Source: Balanoglossus misakiensis (taxonomy: Eukaryota > Animalia > Hemichordata). Taken from it: DNA of 64,000 nucleotides. Under the pieces are notes generated by a model. The model saw only the letters and a list, made by a program, of their open reading frames with translations. It did not search any database and was not told the DNA's origin. Where the stretch lies: the NCBI GenBank assembly GCA_040954595.2, contig CM082590.2:9698088-9762087 (forward strand). Direction: 5' to 3'. The position numbers and the translations under genes are program-made. Shown one piece after another: positions 61,624 to 64,000 of this stretch (positions are counted from its first letter, which is position 1; every line of letters starts with the position of its first letter).

Positions 61624-64000
61624 CGTTGCACATGTCGTTCTTGCAATCAATCTGCCAGGACCCAATGATGTTCTTCATTTTCCAAAATACTTTAAAAGAG
61701 GACCATCATAAGCATGAGTATAACAGTACATGTAACAACATTCTGAACAACAGTTTTCCAAAATATATTGAGACTTGAGTGTAGTGTACTACAGCTCGAA
61801 TAATTACAACATTGCAACAGTGGTAAAAGTAACTTGAGACTGTCCCATGCTAATCAAGTTAGCCAAATTTAAAAGGGATGTGTCGTGTAATCCTATAATT
61901 ACAAAATTGCTTCAGTTTACAAGAATGCTAAGTGTCAGCTGATCGAGGATAGTATCGATCAGAGTCAAAAGAGATAGTGCAACTTCTTGTGGGTTTTAGC
62001 AGCTGTTTGTGAATTTTGAATGAGATGTAGTTTGAGATGCACTTATCTGGTGGTCAACGTGTTATTATGAGCTAAAATGAAGCAGAAACTCATTTGGAAA
62101 ATCACCGTCGTCACGGGAACGGGGACAATTTTTGGCGTCTGCAAGGAAACTTGTCTGTGGGTCTGAAGAATTTGTGTTCAACTGAATCTGTCCAATTGTA
62201 CAAGATGCCGACTGCTTTGTTTTGTATTATTTGAGAGAAAAATTCTCAAAACTATGTTAACTACTAGCTTGGCATTGTTTTGTTCTAAAAAAAGTTACTT
62301 TGTGTAGAAAAGTTACAAAAATTCTGCGGTTTTTCGACAACAATCGAACGCGCAAACCACGATTAATGGTCGAACATTTCAGGAATTCTGTAAGCGTCGG
62401 ATCCACATTAATCTACTGACACCGAGGAATGCAGACAATGGTATTTTGTCGAACGCAGCCAAAATTACAACCACTATTTGGGGGGAAATTCCACAGACAG
62501 TATCACTGTACGGGGGGACATTCCTTCACCCGTCGCCTGGCTATGCCCGGACACCTTCATGAATTATTCCAGGTACCTGGTGGAAGACATTAAACTCATT
62601 TATATTTCGCTTTGTTTTTTTCCGAATCAGACCACATTCCGTTTGTGTGTGGCCGCCCTTTCCTTGGAAACTGGGCACTTTGTGAGCTCGTCAGGTGTTC
62701 CCTGTTGTAAAGCTGAGTTGGTTTTGTTAAATGATATTTGTTCTGTCCTTAGAAAGGGTTTCCACTCCCAGACCAATTGTTGGCTCCGCACATGTTACTT
62801 TTAGTTCATGCTAGGTCACTGTTTATGGCTTGATTGCTCTACTGAAGAGTTTCAGTGTTATTGTCCTGTGTTACATCCAGCTCTGAGCAAGGATGGCTGT
62901 GTTAATGGTATATATTGTCGAGTTTGTCAGGAACGACTCTGCAATCGATCCAACTACAAAGGTGATGCACCAGTTCGGAGACATGGACTTGAGATTGAGT
63001 GTCTTGAGTTTGGTGAAGGAGACAAGTCCAGTAGTCTAAGGTTTAGTCCTTTATTAAAAATCTATGTTTCAACCATATACAAGAGGTCTTCTTCTGTCTT
63101 CTATCTAACAGCATTAACAGATTTTGTCTGTCACTCCCCTCCCCCCACACACACAACTCTCCCCCCCCTAACACACATTTTGACAGCAGCAGATTTCTTG
63201 AAGCCCCTCAAATGCAAACTCACAATCCCTCCTTGCACCTGAGTTTAACAAGCCTTGACTTCAATGTTTAGTTGACCTTCTTTACTCATTACAAAATCAA
63301 AATAAACATCCTGATTATCTCCCAAATACTTTACTCAAACAAACTTGGGGTGTGAAAAACTCAGGATAAGAAGCCAATCTCTTCACACCTGTGTTATTGC
63401 AGAAGAAATAAAATTTCACTTTAAACACAATTAAATTGAATTTGCTCTCTCTTTATCAGCCAATTTTATGAAAATTCTAACATGACTAAAACTAAGTTTC
63501 AAGTAGCTAAGTTTTTTGCACTTGTCTGGCGGAAAATGTTAACATTTGGAATGCGTAAATCTTGATTGGCTGGCGAGTTCATGAATATGTATAACTTCAT
63601 TTGAATATGATAAATGACTCTCCGCTGTGTGGGGGTACAGGTACTTTGTTTCAAACATCAAACCTTGGTTCAACATACCTGCACGTTGTACTACATTATA
63701 AGAGTCTTCATGTTTACTTGAAAAAAAAATCTGTCTGTCGTTCGTTCGTGAGATGAAAATGCCTGAAGCAGTGTCCTCGTTAAGAGTGAGTATACGATTT
63801 AGATTGTCTTAGTACTTTGGCGATTTTTCGGTTAATTTTTTGTCTCTGAAAATTGTCTCTCTGGACCACATGTGGACTGATCAGTTGTGTTTGTATACAA
63901 CTTCAAATTTGTTGACTGTAATTTTGAATTACGTATTTATGTCTACTTCGTGGGGTATTTCAAAAGGTGCACATTTTCCTACGTATTTTCCTGTGAATTT

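Larger units (their letters stand above)
9234..64000 (+). other. MCC: Probable very large MCC intron (more than 54 kb, runs past the window end)
   Basis: It opens with a GTAAGT donor. The next expected exon (LHxAALASLKG-type coiled coil) was not found by eye or in the ORF track, although a short exon could have been missed. Confidence 0.65.

Noticed and set aside
1-64000. Prokaryotic or viral operon, defence system, rRNA/tRNA genes, or intact transposase/RT ORFs
   Set aside because: There are no long ORFs or recognisable catalytic motifs on either strand, and the architecture is that of a spliced animal gene with long introns.

Overview
AT-rich, gene-poor eukaryotic (metazoan) genomic DNA, most likely from a marine invertebrate. 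The host lineage cannot be fixed from this window. The only firmly recognisable protein-coding sequence is two internal + strand exons (8649-8938 and 9076-9233) of an MCC (mutated in colorectal cancer) orthologue: an EF-hand-like segment followed by the motifs SWPTSSDNSLG, RESWEYDSGARDL and LELANT, with canonical GT-AG splice sites and consistent phases. The rest of the window appears to be intron: more than 8 kb upstream and more than 54 kb downstream. I found neither the first EF-hand exon nor the next coiled-coil exon. The introns contain minisatellites, several small DNA-transposon-like elements (a TTAA-flanked piggyBac-type MITE family, an 83-bp element with a 9-bp TSD, a pogo/Tigger-like remnant, a double-hairpin element, and a 3-copy dispersed family with an internal minisatellite), and many regulatory-looking islands. 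The most interesting hypothesis is a series of ATG-initiated, phase-0, donor-terminated mini-exons, some with promoter-like upstream sequence, scattered through the large intron. These may be alternative first exons giving MCC variable N-termini without the EF-hand. This is inference and some candidates will be chance hits. I saw no prokaryotic genes, CRISPR arrays, rRNA or tRNA, and most ORFs in the supplied track look spurious.
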